A stretch of 64,000 nt of DNA from a bacterium (GCA_030537465.1 JAUNMP010000001.1:3170-67169), one strand, 5' to 3'; shown: positions 9,391 through 18,719, counted from the stretch's first letter. Translations and numbers: made by a program. Notes: generated by a model from the letters alone, not told the origin.

Positions 9391-10497
9391 ATGAAAGCGA
9401 AGACGAACAAAGTGGCACCGGCGGGCAACCGCCGTGAGTTTCTGAAACTTCTCGGCACGGGCGCGGCGGCCGCCGCGGTGGCTGGCTGCGGGAAGCCGAC
9501 GCCACAGGAGAAGAACGTCTCCGTCCCCCAGACGCACAAGATGATCAAGTGGCGTTTCCAGACCTACGCCGGAACAGCCCTTGCGCAGCACGTGTGCAAG
9601 CCCGCGATCGACGCGTTCAACAAGGTCGCCGGCAACCGCATGCACATCGACCTCTACTATGCGGACCAGCTCGTGCCGACGTCTGAACTCTTCAGCGCGC
9701 TGCAGGCGGGCACGATCGACGCCGTGCAGAGCGACGACGACTCGATGTCGTCCGCGGCGGACGTCCGCGTCTTCGGCGGCTACTTCCCGTTCGCGTCGCG
9801 CTATTCGCTGGACGTGCCGGTACTCTTCTCGAAGTATGGCCTCGACAAGATCTGGGCCGAGTCCTACAAGGAGGCCTCCAACGGCCAGGTCACTTGGCTC
9901 TCGGCAGGCTCCTGGGATCCCTGCCACTTCGCGACGAAGAAGCCGATCAACCACCTCTCCGACCTCAAGGGACTCAAGGTGTACACGTTTCCGACGGCGG
10001 GCAAGTTCCTCAGCCAGTTCGGCGTGGTGCCGGTGACGCTGCCGTACGAGGACGCCGAGATGGCGCTCCGCACGGGTACGCTGGACGGCGTCGCGTGGTC
10101 CGGCATCACCGAGGACTACACGGTTGGCTGGGCCGACGCCTGCAAGTACTTCCTCACGAACTCCCTTTCCGGTGCGTGGATCGGCTCCTACTTCGCCAAC
10201 ACGAAGAGCTGGGAGGCGGTTCCGGAGGACCTGAAGGAGCTCTTCAAGCTCTCGATGGACTCCTCGCACTACTATCGTCAGCACTGGTACTGGGGAGGCG
10301 AGGCCGACCTGCGCGTCAACGGCGGCAAGCTGCAGCTCTGCTCCATCCCCGAGGAGGAGTGGAAGACTGTCGAGGAGAAGGCCGTGCCGTTCTGGGAGGA
10401 GATCGCCAAGAGCTCCCCGCGTGCGAAACAGGTCGTCGAGGCCTTCCGCAAGTACAACGCCGTGATGGCGAAGGCCGGCAAGCCGTATCGGTACTAG
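9391..10497 (+). CDS. dctP: TRAP transporter substrate-binding protein (DctP family) with TAT/Sec signal
   Basis: RBS AAGGAGAAAG before the ATG. Signal MKAKTNKVAPAGNRREFLKLLGTGAAAAAVAGC. Family blocks SELFSALQAGTIDAV and LSDLKGLKVYT...LPYEDAEMALRTGTLDGV match the DctP/TIGR00787 pattern. Confidence 0.75.
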   Translation: MKAKTNKVAPAGNRREFLKLLGTGAAAAAVAGCGKPTPQEKNVSVPQTHKMIKWRFQTYAGTALAQHVCKPAIDAFNKVAGNRMHIDLYYADQLVPTSELFSALQAGTIDAVQSDDDSMSSAADVRVFGGYFPFASRYSLDVPVLFSKYGLDKIWAESYKEASNGQVTWLSAGSWDPCHFATKKPINHLSDLKGLKVYTFPTAGKFLSQFGVVPVTLPYEDAEMALRTGTLDGVAWSGITEDYTVGWADACKYFLTNSLSGAWIGSYFANTKSWEAVPEDLKELFKLSMDSSHYYRQHWYWGGEADLRVNGGKLQLCSIPEEEWKTVEEKAVPFWEEIAKSSPRAKQVVEAFRKYNAVMAKAGKPYRY

Positions 10498-10511
10498 GAA
10501 GTGAGGAAATG

Positions 10512-10546
10512 AGGAACTAGGAAATGAGGGAGAATTCCTAGTTCCT
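10512..10546 (+). promoter_or_regulatory. Intercistronic stem-loop between dctP and dctQ (11-bp perfect stem)
   Basis: aggaactagga (10512-10522) pairs with tcctagttcct (10536-10546) across a 13-nt loop, followed by a second agttcct copy. Typical position for SBP/permease differential-expression hairpins. Confidence 0.4.
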
Positions 10547-10579
10547 AGTTCCTGGTTCCTTTTAAAAGGGGTTTTTGAT

Positions 10580-11728
10580 ATGTTGAAATATGTCAGAATC
10601 GTGGAGGCGATGACCCGAGGGCTCGGTCTTGCCTCCATGTATTTGCTGTTGGTCGTGCTGGGAGTTCTGATGTTCCCCGTCTTTGCCCGGGGAGGGGACA
10701 TCTCCACGATCTGGGCACTGGAGGCGGCGCAGTTCGCCGTGGGCGCCTACTACATCCTCGGGGCGGGCTATTCGCTTCAGCAGGGCGCGCATGTGCGCAT
10801 GGACTTCCTCTATGCCAACTGGAAACCGCGGACGAAGGCGATCGTCGATTCGATCACCTCGTTCTTCGTGCTGTTCTACCTGGTGGTGATGATCCTGGGC
10901 GGCTGGGACAGCTGCGCATACGCGGTCGTCTCGAAGCAGATCAACCACACGGTGTGGGCGCCCTATATGGCCCCGATCAAGATCGCGATGCTCGTGGGCA
11001 TGTTCTTCATGTTCCTGCAGATGACGGCCGAGTTCGTCAAGTCGCTGATGATTGCGCTGAAGAAGCCGATCGAGCTTCCGGACGCGGAGGCAGAGGAGGA
11101 GAGGCTCTACGAAGGGCGCGCGACGCGCAAGGAGTACTGGAAGACCTTTGCGGGATGCGCCGCGCTGGCCCTCGCCGGTTCGGCCCTGCTCGTGGTGGGA
11201 TTGCCGCGCGTGACGCCGGGAGGCGGCTTCGGGCTACTGCTGACGATCATCGGCGGCGTTCTCTGCGTGGCGGCGCCGATCTGCTCGATTCCTGTCTCGA
11301 TTCGCCGTCTGCACGACCTCGACATGAGCGGCTGGTGGGCGGTCGCGCTCTGGTTTTTCGGACTGATTCCCGGCTTCGGCATTCTCGTGTTCATCGCCGC
11401 GGCGTTCCTCTTCAGCACCGATGGCGCGCCGGGCACGACCGGCTTCGGTCCGGATCCGAAGGGCCGTGACCTCATCAAGCTCTTCGATCCGCGTCTGCCC
11501 GCAAAGCAGAAGCCGATCCCCGAGGTTCCCGTGCCGTCGAATCCGGATGTCGAGCATGCCTACTGGACGCCGTATCTGGTCTTCGGCGTCGTCGGCCTGC
11601 TGGCGGCGCTGGGTGGCTACGGGCTCTCCGTGCTGACCTCCAATCCCACCTGGTTCGTCCAGGGCGTGGTCGTCTTCCTTCTCTCACTCATGGCCTTGGT
11701 GCGAGGTGTCGTATGTATGAATCGATGA
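10580..11728 (+). CDS. dctQ: TRAP transporter small permease (DctQ) fused to a C-terminal DUF805 (YhaH-like) membrane domain
   Basis: The N-terminal ~170 aa are a 4-TM DctQ-like protein. The C-terminal part carries RRLHDLDMSGWW...LIPGFGILVF...GFGPDP, the DUF805 signature. Overlaps the dctM start by 16 nt. Confidence 0.65.
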   Translation: MLKYVRIVEAMTRGLGLASMYLLLVVLGVLMFPVFARGGDISTIWALEAAQFAVGAYYILGAGYSLQQGAHVRMDFLYANWKPRTKAIVDSITSFFVLFYLVVMILGGWDSCAYAVVSKQINHTVWAPYMAPIKIAMLVGMFFMFLQMTAEFVKSLMIALKKPIELPDAEAEEERLYEGRATRKEYWKTFAGCAALALAGSALLVVGLPRVTPGGGFGLLLTIIGGVLCVAAPICSIPVSIRRLHDLDMSGWWAVALWFFGLIPGFGILVFIAAAFLFSTDGAPGTTGFGPDPKGRDLIKLFDPRLPAKQKPIPEVPVPSNPDVEHAYWTPYLVFGVVGLLAALGGYGLSVLTSNPTWFVQGVVVFLLSLMALVRGVVCMNR

Positions 11729-13155
11729 GTCTGATTGAGTTCCTGCAGGCGAGCCCGGGGATCATCATCTTCATGATGTTCTCCCTGCTGATGGCGCTGA
11801 TGCTCACAGGGCAGCGCGTGTTCGGCGTGATGGGCTTCGTGGGCGTGGTCTTCGCGCTGATCTTCGTGGACCGCGGTGCGCTGGGGTACGGCTTCAACGC
11901 GGCGATCAAGCTGTTCAACTGGTATCCGATGCTGACGCTGCCGATGTTCGTGTTCATGGGCTTCATGCTCAGCGAGTCCGGCATCGCCAACGACATGTAC
12001 CACATGTTCCACGTCTGGTTCGGCGGACTGCGGGGTGGACTCGCGGTCGGCACGCTCCTTGTGATGATCATGATCTCATGCATGAACGGCCTCTCGGTCG
12101 CCGGCATGGCGATTGGCTGCTCGGTGGCGCTCCCCGAACTGCTGAAGCGCAACTACGACAAACGAATGATCTCGGGCGTGATCCAGGCGGGATCGAGTCT
12201 GGGAATCCTGTTCCCGCCGTCGATCGTGCTCGTGCTCTACGGAATGATCGCGCGTGAGCAGGTGAAGGACCTCTGGCTCGCCGGCATTGGTCCGGCCATG
12301 CTGCTCTCGCTGCTCTTCTTCGGCTACGTGGTGATCCGCTGCCGGATCAATCCGAAGCTGGGTCCGGTGCTCCCGAAGGAGCAGCGCAACTTCAGCTGGG
12401 CCGAGAAGTTCAAGGTTCTGCGGGCGGGCATTCTGCCGATCATCCTGGTGCTCAGCGTCATCGGGTCGTTCTTCAGCGGACTCACCTCCCTGGAGGAGAG
12501 CTCGGCAGTGGGAGCGCTCGCAGCGTTCCTGATCGCGCTCTTCAAGAAGCGCCTCACGATGAAGGTCTTCACCAAGACCCTCAAGGAGACGCTACACAAC
12601 TCTGCGATGTTCCTGTGGATCATGATGGCGGCGCTGAGCTTCTCGGCTGTGTTCGACTCGCTCCACGCGGTCGATGTGCTGAAGCAGTTCTTCACCTCTG
12701 ACCTCGGACTTTCGCCCTGGTGCGTGCTCTTCATGATGCAGCTCGCGTTCATCGTCCTGGGCATCTTCCTGGACGACACGGCCATGCTGATCATCGTGGC
12801 GCCGCTGTTCATCCCGCTGGTGAAGGAGCTGGGCTTCTCCTCCATCTGGTTCGGCGTGCTCTACACGATCACCTGCCAGATCGCCTACATCACGCCGCCG
12901 TTCGGGTACAATCTGTTCATGATGCGCGCGATGAGTCCGGACTCGATCACGATCAAGGACATCTACTCCTCGATCATCCCGTTCCTGATTCTGATGGTAA
13001 TCGCCATCGTGCTGATCATGGTGTTCCCGAGCATCGCGCTCTGGTTCCCTGACTACGTTAACGGCAAGGTGGTCGGTCCCGTCGACTGGCTCATCGCGCA
13101 CTGCGGCTGGTTCAAGGACCTCTGCGCTTCGTCGTTCCACTATGTGCTGCCTTGA
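11713..13155 (+). CDS. dctM: TRAP transporter large permease (DctM family)
   Basis: 480-aa polytopic membrane protein with 12+ predicted TM helices and Gly-rich loops. Its position after dctP/dctQ supports the call. Its start overlaps the dctQ stop. Confidence 0.75.
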   Translation: MYESMSLIEFLQASPGIIIFMMFSLLMALMLTGQRVFGVMGFVGVVFALIFVDRGALGYGFNAAIKLFNWYPMLTLPMFVFMGFMLSESGIANDMYHMFHVWFGGLRGGLAVGTLLVMIMISCMNGLSVAGMAIGCSVALPELLKRNYDKRMISGVIQAGSSLGILFPPSIVLVLYGMIAREQVKDLWLAGIGPAMLLSLLFFGYVVIRCRINPKLGPVLPKEQRNFSWAEKFKVLRAGILPIILVLSVIGSFFSGLTSLEESSAVGALAAFLIALFKKRLTMKVFTKTLKETLHNSAMFLWIMMAALSFSAVFDSLHAVDVLKQFFTSDLGLSPWCVLFMMQLAFIVLGIFLDDTAMLIIVAPLFIPLVKELGFSSIWFGVLYTITCQIAYITPPFGYNLFMMRAMSPDSITIKDIYSSIIPFLILMVIAIVLIMVFPSIALWFPDYVNGKVVGPVDWLIAHCGWFKDLCASSFHYVLP

Positions 13156-13163
13156 GGTGACCG

Positions 13164-14558
13164 ATGAATCCTGTGACACTTGAGGTTGCCGGTCGGCATT
13201 GGACGTTCAACTCCCTGAAGGAGCTGATGGGCAAGGCGTCGCCGCTGCGAAGCGGCGACGTGGCGGCGGGCTGCGCCGCGAGTTGCGACGAGGAGCGTGT
13301 GGCGGCGCAGATGCTGCTCGCGGACGTGCCACTCGCGCAGTTCCTCGAGGAGCAGCTCATCCCCTACGAGAAGGACGAGGTGACGCGGCTGATCGTGGAC
13401 ACCCACGATGCCGCGGCCTTCGCCCCCGTCAAGAATCTCAGCGTAGGCGAGTTCCGCAACTGGCTGTTGCGCTACGAGACGGACGAGACCGTGCTCAAGG
13501 AGTTGGCGCCGGGATTGACACCGGAAATGGTCGCCGCCGTCTCCAAGGTCTGTTCCAATCAGGATCTGATCCTCATCGCTTCAAAGTGCCGTGTCGTCAC
13601 GGCCTTCCGCGACACAATCGGACTGAAGGGGTGCCTCTCGACGCGTCTCCAGCCCAACCATGCGACCGACGACCTCAAGGGCATCGCGGCGTCGATGCTG
13701 GAGGGGCTCCTCTACGGCTGCGGCGACGCGGTCATCGGCATCAATCCGGCGACGGATTCGGTGCCGATGATGCAGGAGCTCCTCAAGCTCATCGACGAAC
13801 TCATCCATCGCTACCACATCCCCACGCAGAGCTGCGTGCTCGCCCATGTGACGAACGCGATCGAGGTGATGCGGTCGGGGACGCCCGTGGACCTGGTCTT
13901 CCAGTCCATTTCCGGCACGGAAATCTCCAACAAGGTGTTCGGCATCAATCTCGGCATCCTGAAGGAGGCCTATGACGCCGCCTTGTCGCTCAAACGCGGC
14001 ACGGTGGGGCAGAACGTGATGTACTTCGAGACGGGGCAGGGGAGTGCGCTCTCCGGCCGCGGTGACTGGGGGGTGGACATGCAGACCTGCGAGGCGCGGG
14101 CCTACGCGGTGGCGCGTCCGTTCAAGCCACTGCTCGTGAACACGGTCGTCGGCTTCATCGGCCCCGAGTACCTCTACGACGGCAAGCAGATCATCCGCGC
14201 GGGACTAGAGGACCATTTCTGCGCCAAGCTGCTCGGGCTGCCGATGGGATGCGACATCTGCTACACGAACCACTGTGAAGCGGACCAGAACGACATGGAC
14301 ATCCTGATGACGCTTCTGGCGGCCGCAGGGCTCAACTACCAGATGGCCATCCCCGGAGGGGACGACGTCATGCTCGGCTACCAGACCACGAGCTACCACG
14401 ACATACACTACGTGAGACAGCTGCTGGGGAAGCGTCCAGCACCGGAGTTCGAGGCCTGGCTTGAGGAAATGGACCTGGTCGACGTGCGCCAGCGATTGAT
14501 CGCCCACAGAGGAGGAGAACATGCTCTTATCGACTACCAGCGCGGACTTGTCGCCTGA
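13164..14558 (+). CDS. eutB: Ethanolamine ammonia-lyase large subunit EutB
   Basis: Near-collinear match to EutB: ELRSGDVAAGCAAS..ERVAAQ, IPTQSCVLAHVT, NTVVGFIGPEYLYDGKQIIRAGLEDHF, CDICYTNH. It starts 8 nt after the dctM stop with RBS GAGGTGA. Confidence 0.95.
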   Translation: MNPVTLEVAGRHWTFNSLKELMGKASPLRSGDVAAGCAASCDEERVAAQMLLADVPLAQFLEEQLIPYEKDEVTRLIVDTHDAAAFAPVKNLSVGEFRNWLLRYETDETVLKELAPGLTPEMVAAVSKVCSNQDLILIASKCRVVTAFRDTIGLKGCLSTRLQPNHATDDLKGIAASMLEGLLYGCGDAVIGINPATDSVPMMQELLKLIDELIHRYHIPTQSCVLAHVTNAIEVMRSGTPVDLVFQSISGTEISNKVFGINLGILKEAYDAALSLKRGTVGQNVMYFETGQGSALSGRGDWGVDMQTCEARAYAVARPFKPLLVNTVVGFIGPEYLYDGKQIIRAGLEDHFCAKLLGLPMGCDICYTNHCEADQNDMDILMTLLAAAGLNYQMAIPGGDDVMLGYQTTSYHDIHYVRQLLGKRPAPEFEAWLEEMDLVDVRQRLIAHRGGEHALIDYQRGLVA

Positions 14559-15312
14559 TCCCTGGTCCGCCCTCAAGAACTTCACCACGGCCCGCATCGC
14601 CATGGGACGCGCGGGGGGGAGCCTGCGGACGGCGAATCTGCTCGACTTCCGTCTGGCCCACGCCCGTGCCCGAGATGCGGTGCATTCGGCGTTTCACGTC
14701 GAGACCATTCGCAGTCAGCTGTCGGAGGCGGGACTCGAGTACGTCGAGGTCCAGTCTCAGATCACGGACAAGCTCGACTACCTGCTGCATCCCGAGAAGG
14801 GACGTCTTCTGGCGGACGAATCGACGGAATTTCTGCGTGAAAAGGCGAAGAAATGGGGCATTCGCGACGTTTCTATCGTCATTTCGGACGGACTTTCCGC
14901 AATTGCCGCTGAATCGCACGCCGTCGCCGTCGCCAAGACGTTGCAGGCGGAACTACCCGAATGCACGTTCTACCCGGTCGTCGTCGTGCCGTTCGGCCGC
15001 GTGAAGATTGCCGACGCCATCTCGGACATTCTGCAGGCGAGGCTGGTGATTATCCTCCTGGGGGAACGTCCGGGACTCGGCTCCCCGGACTCCCTCAGTG
15101 CCTATTTCACCTACATGGCGCGGAACAGTTCGGTCGATTCGGACCGCAACTGCGTCTCGAACATCCGTCCCTTGGGAATGCCCATCCCGTGGGCCGTTCG
15201 CAAGCTTTCCGTGCTCATGCGTGAGTCCTTCCGCATCCGCCTGAGCGGAACGGGGCTCAAGGACCGCCTCACGCTTGACGATCTGCGCCGAATGTTGCCG
15301 CTTGCGGACTGA
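14521..15312 (+). CDS. eutC: Ethanolamine ammonia-lyase small subunit EutC (short N-terminus, no microcompartment-targeting peptide)
   Basis: NFTTARIAMGRAGGSLRTANLLDFRLAHARARDAV matches the EutC core. GGAGGAG RBS at 14511-14517. Overlaps the eutB 3' end by 38 nt. Confidence 0.9.
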   Translation: MLLSTTSADLSPDPWSALKNFTTARIAMGRAGGSLRTANLLDFRLAHARARDAVHSAFHVETIRSQLSEAGLEYVEVQSQITDKLDYLLHPEKGRLLADESTEFLREKAKKWGIRDVSIVISDGLSAIAAESHAVAVAKTLQAELPECTFYPVVVVPFGRVKIADAISDILQARLVIILLGERPGLGSPDSLSAYFTYMARNSSVDSDRNCVSNIRPLGMPIPWAVRKLSVLMRESFRIRLSGTGLKDRLTLDDLRRMLPLAD

Positions 15313-15331
15313 GTTGGGGATTGTGTATAAT
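15302..15331 (+). promoter_or_regulatory. Possible sigma-70-type internal promoter (TTGCGG-18-TATAAT) at the eutC 3' end
   Basis: A perfect TATAAT at 15326-15331 with a TTG-containing -35-like hexamer 18 nt upstream. It lies in the 69-bp gap region before the metallophosphoesterase gene. Confidence 0.25.
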
Positions 15332-15381
15332 GCGCCTGTCTTCCAATGTGGAGGGCATTTCCAAAAGATAGGCGCAGAGAC

Positions 15382-16869
15382 ATGAATCTTTCCAGACGTG
15401 GTTTCATTGGCGGTGCGGCGAGCTTTCTCGCGCTGTGCCAGGGGCGGGTTTTCGCTGCGAAACCGGGGGCCTTCACGGGTGGAACGCCGAGTTTGACATT
15501 TGGTGTTCTCTCGGACGTGCACATCTGCCTGGCGGCGGGTGGCAAGGCCCTCAAAAAGGGGTTCGAGACGGGTACCCTCGTGAAGGCCTTCGCCTGGTTC
15601 CGCGACAACGGCGCGGACGCTGTGGTGATTGCGGGCGACATGGCACATAGTGGCCTTGTCGGCGAACTGAAGGCTGTGGCAGATGCCTGGTTTCAGGTCT
15701 TCCCGGACGACAAGGCGCCGGACGGCCGCAAAGTCGAGCGGGTCTTCGTCTTCGGCAACCACGACTGGTCGAGTCCCGGACGTGCCAAGGAGGTCTTCCC
15801 CGACGAGGCCGAACGGAACGCGAATCTGCTCGTCAAGGATCCCCAGAAATGGTGGCAGGAGATCTTTCACGAACCGTGGACGCCGTTCTATCGGAAGACC
15901 GTGAAGGGGTATGACTTCATCGGCGCGCACTGGTGCAATGGCGGCTGCAACGGCAAGAAGGAAGTTTTCACCAAGGGAATGCGCGAATTCTACGCGGGGC
16001 AGAAATTCGATCCAGAGAAACCGTTCTTCCACATTCAGCATCCCCAGCCGAAGGGAACTGCCCATGGTGAAAACGTCTGGGGGCAAGACGACGGTGTGTC
16101 GACGGAGATTCTCTCCGCCCATCCGAACGCGGTGGCGTTTTCGGGGCACTCGCACACGTCGCTGACGGACGTCCGCAGCATCTGGCAGGGGGCGTTCACC
16201 AGCGTGGGCTGCGGGACGCTGCGTGATGTCAATCCGCTGCCGCCGTTGCCGCCTGGTACGACGACGTACGTGGGGGGCTGCGAGAACTACAAGTCGCCGA
16301 AGGGCGTGCCGGCCGAGAAGTTCGACGACCACAAGGCCCTGGCGATGATCGACAAGTACAATTGCCGTCAGGGACAGCTGGTCCGCGTCTATTCGGATCG
16401 CATGGTCTTCTCGCGGCGCGAGTTCGTGACGGGCGTTCAGCTGGGTCCGGACCTCGTGATGCCGCTGCCCGTCGGCGGCGAGAAGCCTTTCGCCTTCCCT
16501 GAGCGTCAGGCCAAGGCGAAACCGCCGGCCTTCCCGGCCGACGCGAAGCTCGCGGCGAAGAAGGTGATGGCCAAGCTGCGGCGCAAGAAGCCGAAGACGA
16601 AAGCCGAGTGCTGGGAGCTTGAATTCCCCGCGGCCAACGCCCAGAAGGGGGCGCGTCCGGCGCTCTACGAGATCAGCGCGCAGGGGGCGGACGGCAAGAC
16701 GTGCGCGTTCGGTCTGGCCTGCGAGGGATTTCGCTTCCCGCTCTCCGACAAGCGGGCGAAAAAGCCCCTCGTCTTCCGCGTCGACTGCAGCCGCGTGGCC
16801 GCGGAACCGATGTTCTCGGTTCGCGCCGTCTCCGCTTGGGGTAAATGGAGCGAACCGCTCAAGGCCTGA
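15382..16869 (+). CDS. TAT-exported metallophosphoesterase (calcineurin-like phosphoesterase)
   Basis: TAT signal MNLSRRGFIGGAASFLALCQG. Motifs GVLSDVHI, AGDMAHSG, GNHDW and GHSHT are present. It is paralogous (~45% identity) to the gene at 28289. Confidence 0.8.
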   Translation: MNLSRRGFIGGAASFLALCQGRVFAAKPGAFTGGTPSLTFGVLSDVHICLAAGGKALKKGFETGTLVKAFAWFRDNGADAVVIAGDMAHSGLVGELKAVADAWFQVFPDDKAPDGRKVERVFVFGNHDWSSPGRAKEVFPDEAERNANLLVKDPQKWWQEIFHEPWTPFYRKTVKGYDFIGAHWCNGGCNGKKEVFTKGMREFYAGQKFDPEKPFFHIQHPQPKGTAHGENVWGQDDGVSTEILSAHPNAVAFSGHSHTSLTDVRSIWQGAFTSVGCGTLRDVNPLPPLPPGTTTYVGGCENYKSPKGVPAEKFDDHKALAMIDKYNCRQGQLVRVYSDRMVFSRREFVTGVQLGPDLVMPLPVGGEKPFAFPERQAKAKPPAFPADAKLAAKKVMAKLRRKKPKTKAECWELEFPAANAQKGARPALYEISAQGADGKTCAFGLACEGFRFPLSDKRAKKPLVFRVDCSRVAAEPMFSVRAVSAWGKWSEPLKA

Positions 16870-16895
16870 TCTTCAAAGACAAAAGGAGTCAATCG

Positions 16896-17738
16896 ATGAA
16901 CAGACGTGAATTTCTCTTCAATTCCGCCACAGCCCTTGCGGCGATGGGGATGTCCGGATGTCTGTGCCCGCTCTGCGGCAAGACGAAGCATCCGATCGCA
17001 CTTCAGCTGTGGAGCATCAACAAAATCTTCTGGAAGACTCCCGAGAAGTGTCTGGCCGAGATCAAGGCGGCGGGATACGACGGGGTCGAGTTCGCCGGCT
17101 ATGACAAGCGCTCGGCCAGGGACCTGAGGAAGATGCTGGCGGATGCGGGACTTCGCGCCGCAGGCACGCACATTTCCGGCATGGCCAACTATCGGGGCGA
17201 CGGACTCAAGCGCAATCTCGACTTTTGCGCCGAAGCCGGCATCGAGGCGCTGGGCAACAGCTGGTTCGACGCGAACAAGAAGGAGGACTGGATCCGTTTC
17301 GGCGAGGAGATGAGCGAGGCGGCGGAAACCGCGGCCAAGTGGAACATCCCCGTGCAGATCCACAACCACGTGCAGGAGTTCAAGAAGACCTACGACGGCG
17401 TGCTGGCGTGGGATCTCATCTTCACGAAGGCTTCGCCGCGGCTCCTGCAGCAGATCGACACGAGCCAGGTGATCAACCCGGGCGGCGACATCGTCGCCAC
17501 GCTCAAAAAGTACCCGAACAGCCACTTCTCCATCCATATGAAGGAGAACGTGCCCTCGAAGGACGGCTATTTCGGCGTGGCACCGGATGACGGTGGCAAG
17601 ATCGTTCCATGGAAGGACACGGTCGACTACATCGAGACCGAGGCCGGCTTCAAGTGGTACATTGTCGAATGCGAACGCCGTCCCGACTCGCTCGAACCGG
17701 CCATCTACAATCTCAACTTCCTCAGGAAGCTCATCTAA
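16896..17738 (+). CDS. TAT-exported sugar phosphate isomerase/epimerase (xylose-isomerase-like TIM barrel)
   Basis: TAT signal MNRREFLFNSATALAAMGMSGC, then an AP-endonuclease-2/xylose-isomerase-like barrel (QLWSI, VEFAGYD, IHNHVQEF). Confidence 0.7.
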   Translation: MNRREFLFNSATALAAMGMSGCLCPLCGKTKHPIALQLWSINKIFWKTPEKCLAEIKAAGYDGVEFAGYDKRSARDLRKMLADAGLRAAGTHISGMANYRGDGLKRNLDFCAEAGIEALGNSWFDANKKEDWIRFGEEMSEAAETAAKWNIPVQIHNHVQEFKKTYDGVLAWDLIFTKASPRLLQQIDTSQVINPGGDIVATLKKYPNSHFSIHMKENVPSKDGYFGVAPDDGGKIVPWKDTVDYIETEAGFKWYIVECERRPDSLEPAIYNLNFLRKLI

Positions 17739-17756
17739 CAACAAAGGAAAAACAAA

Positions 17757-18719
17757 ATGAAGAAACTGATCTATCTCTCCGCCCTGGTCGCGCTGGTCGG
17801 TGGCGTCTCCGCCGCCGATGCGAAGAAGCCCGCCTGCACGTGCGAGAAGTGTCCATGCAAGCCCGCGTACGTCGTCTTTGAGGACACGACCGGACAGCGC
17901 GAATGGAAGATGCCGTTCCAGCTGGGTCTTGCTGGCTACACGATGAACAAGAAGAGCCTGGACGAGACCCTGGAGATCATGCAGTCGCTTGACCTGCACT
18001 TCCTCTGCGTCAAGGACTTCCATCTCAAGTACACGGCGACGGACGCCGAGATCGCCGCGTTCAAGGAGAAGTGCGCGAAGTACGGCGTGACGGGCTATGG
18101 TCTCGGACCGCTCTACACGAAGGACAACGCGGCCGTGCGCGCCTACTTTGAGTTCGCCAAGCGCTTCGGCACCAAAGTGATCGTCGGCGTGCCGTATGAC
18201 CCGACCGACGCGAAGGACAGCTGGGGCAAGCGCAAGGGCTCCCGCAAGCAGCTCGAGTACATCGACACGCTCGTGAAGGAATTCGACATCAAGTATGCGA
18301 TCCACAACCACGGCCCGAACTCGCCCGAGATGTTCCCGGACGTCGAGTACGGATACAACCTGATCAAGGATCTCGACAAACGCATCGGGTTCTGCATGGA
18401 CGTGGGTTGGGAGTTCGGTTGCGACCGCGATCCGGCCGAGACGATCCGCAAGTACGGCGACCGCATCTACGACATCCACCTCAAGAACTTCGCGGTCAAC
18501 GTCAAGGGCGCGCGCAAGATCGGCAAGAATAGCTTCACCACGGTCCCGATGCCGCGCGGCAAGCTCGACTATGCCTCGATCTTCAAGGCGCTCTCCGATG
18601 TCGGCTACAAGGGCGTCTGCTCGTTCGAGTACGAGCGCGACTTCACGAACAACCTGGGCGGCCTCGCCGAATCCGTCGGTTACGCGCGAGGAATCTGCGA
18701 CGCCGTGACGGCTAAGTAG
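17757..18719 (+). CDS. Secreted sugar phosphate isomerase/epimerase-like TIM barrel with a Cys-rich N-terminal motif
   Basis: Sec signal MKKLIYLSALVALVGGVSAA. CTCEKCPCK motif follows the signal. Barrel motifs AIHNHGPNS and MDVGWEF are present. Confidence 0.65.
   Translation: MKKLIYLSALVALVGGVSAADAKKPACTCEKCPCKPAYVVFEDTTGQREWKMPFQLGLAGYTMNKKSLDETLEIMQSLDLHFLCVKDFHLKYTATDAEIAAFKEKCAKYGVTGYGLGPLYTKDNAAVRAYFEFAKRFGTKVIVGVPYDPTDAKDSWGKRKGSRKQLEYIDTLVKEFDIKYAIHNHGPNSPEMFPDVEYGYNLIKDLDKRIGFCMDVGWEFGCDRDPAETIRKYGDRIYDIHLKNFAVNVKGARKIGKNSFTTVPMPRGKLDYASIFKALSDVGYKGVCSFEYERDFTNNLGGLAESVGYARGICDAVTAK

Noticed and set aside
14953-16332. 459-aa - strand ORF
   Set aside because: Antisense to the metallophosphoesterase gene, which has a TAT signal and four catalytic motifs. 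Arg-rich artefact.
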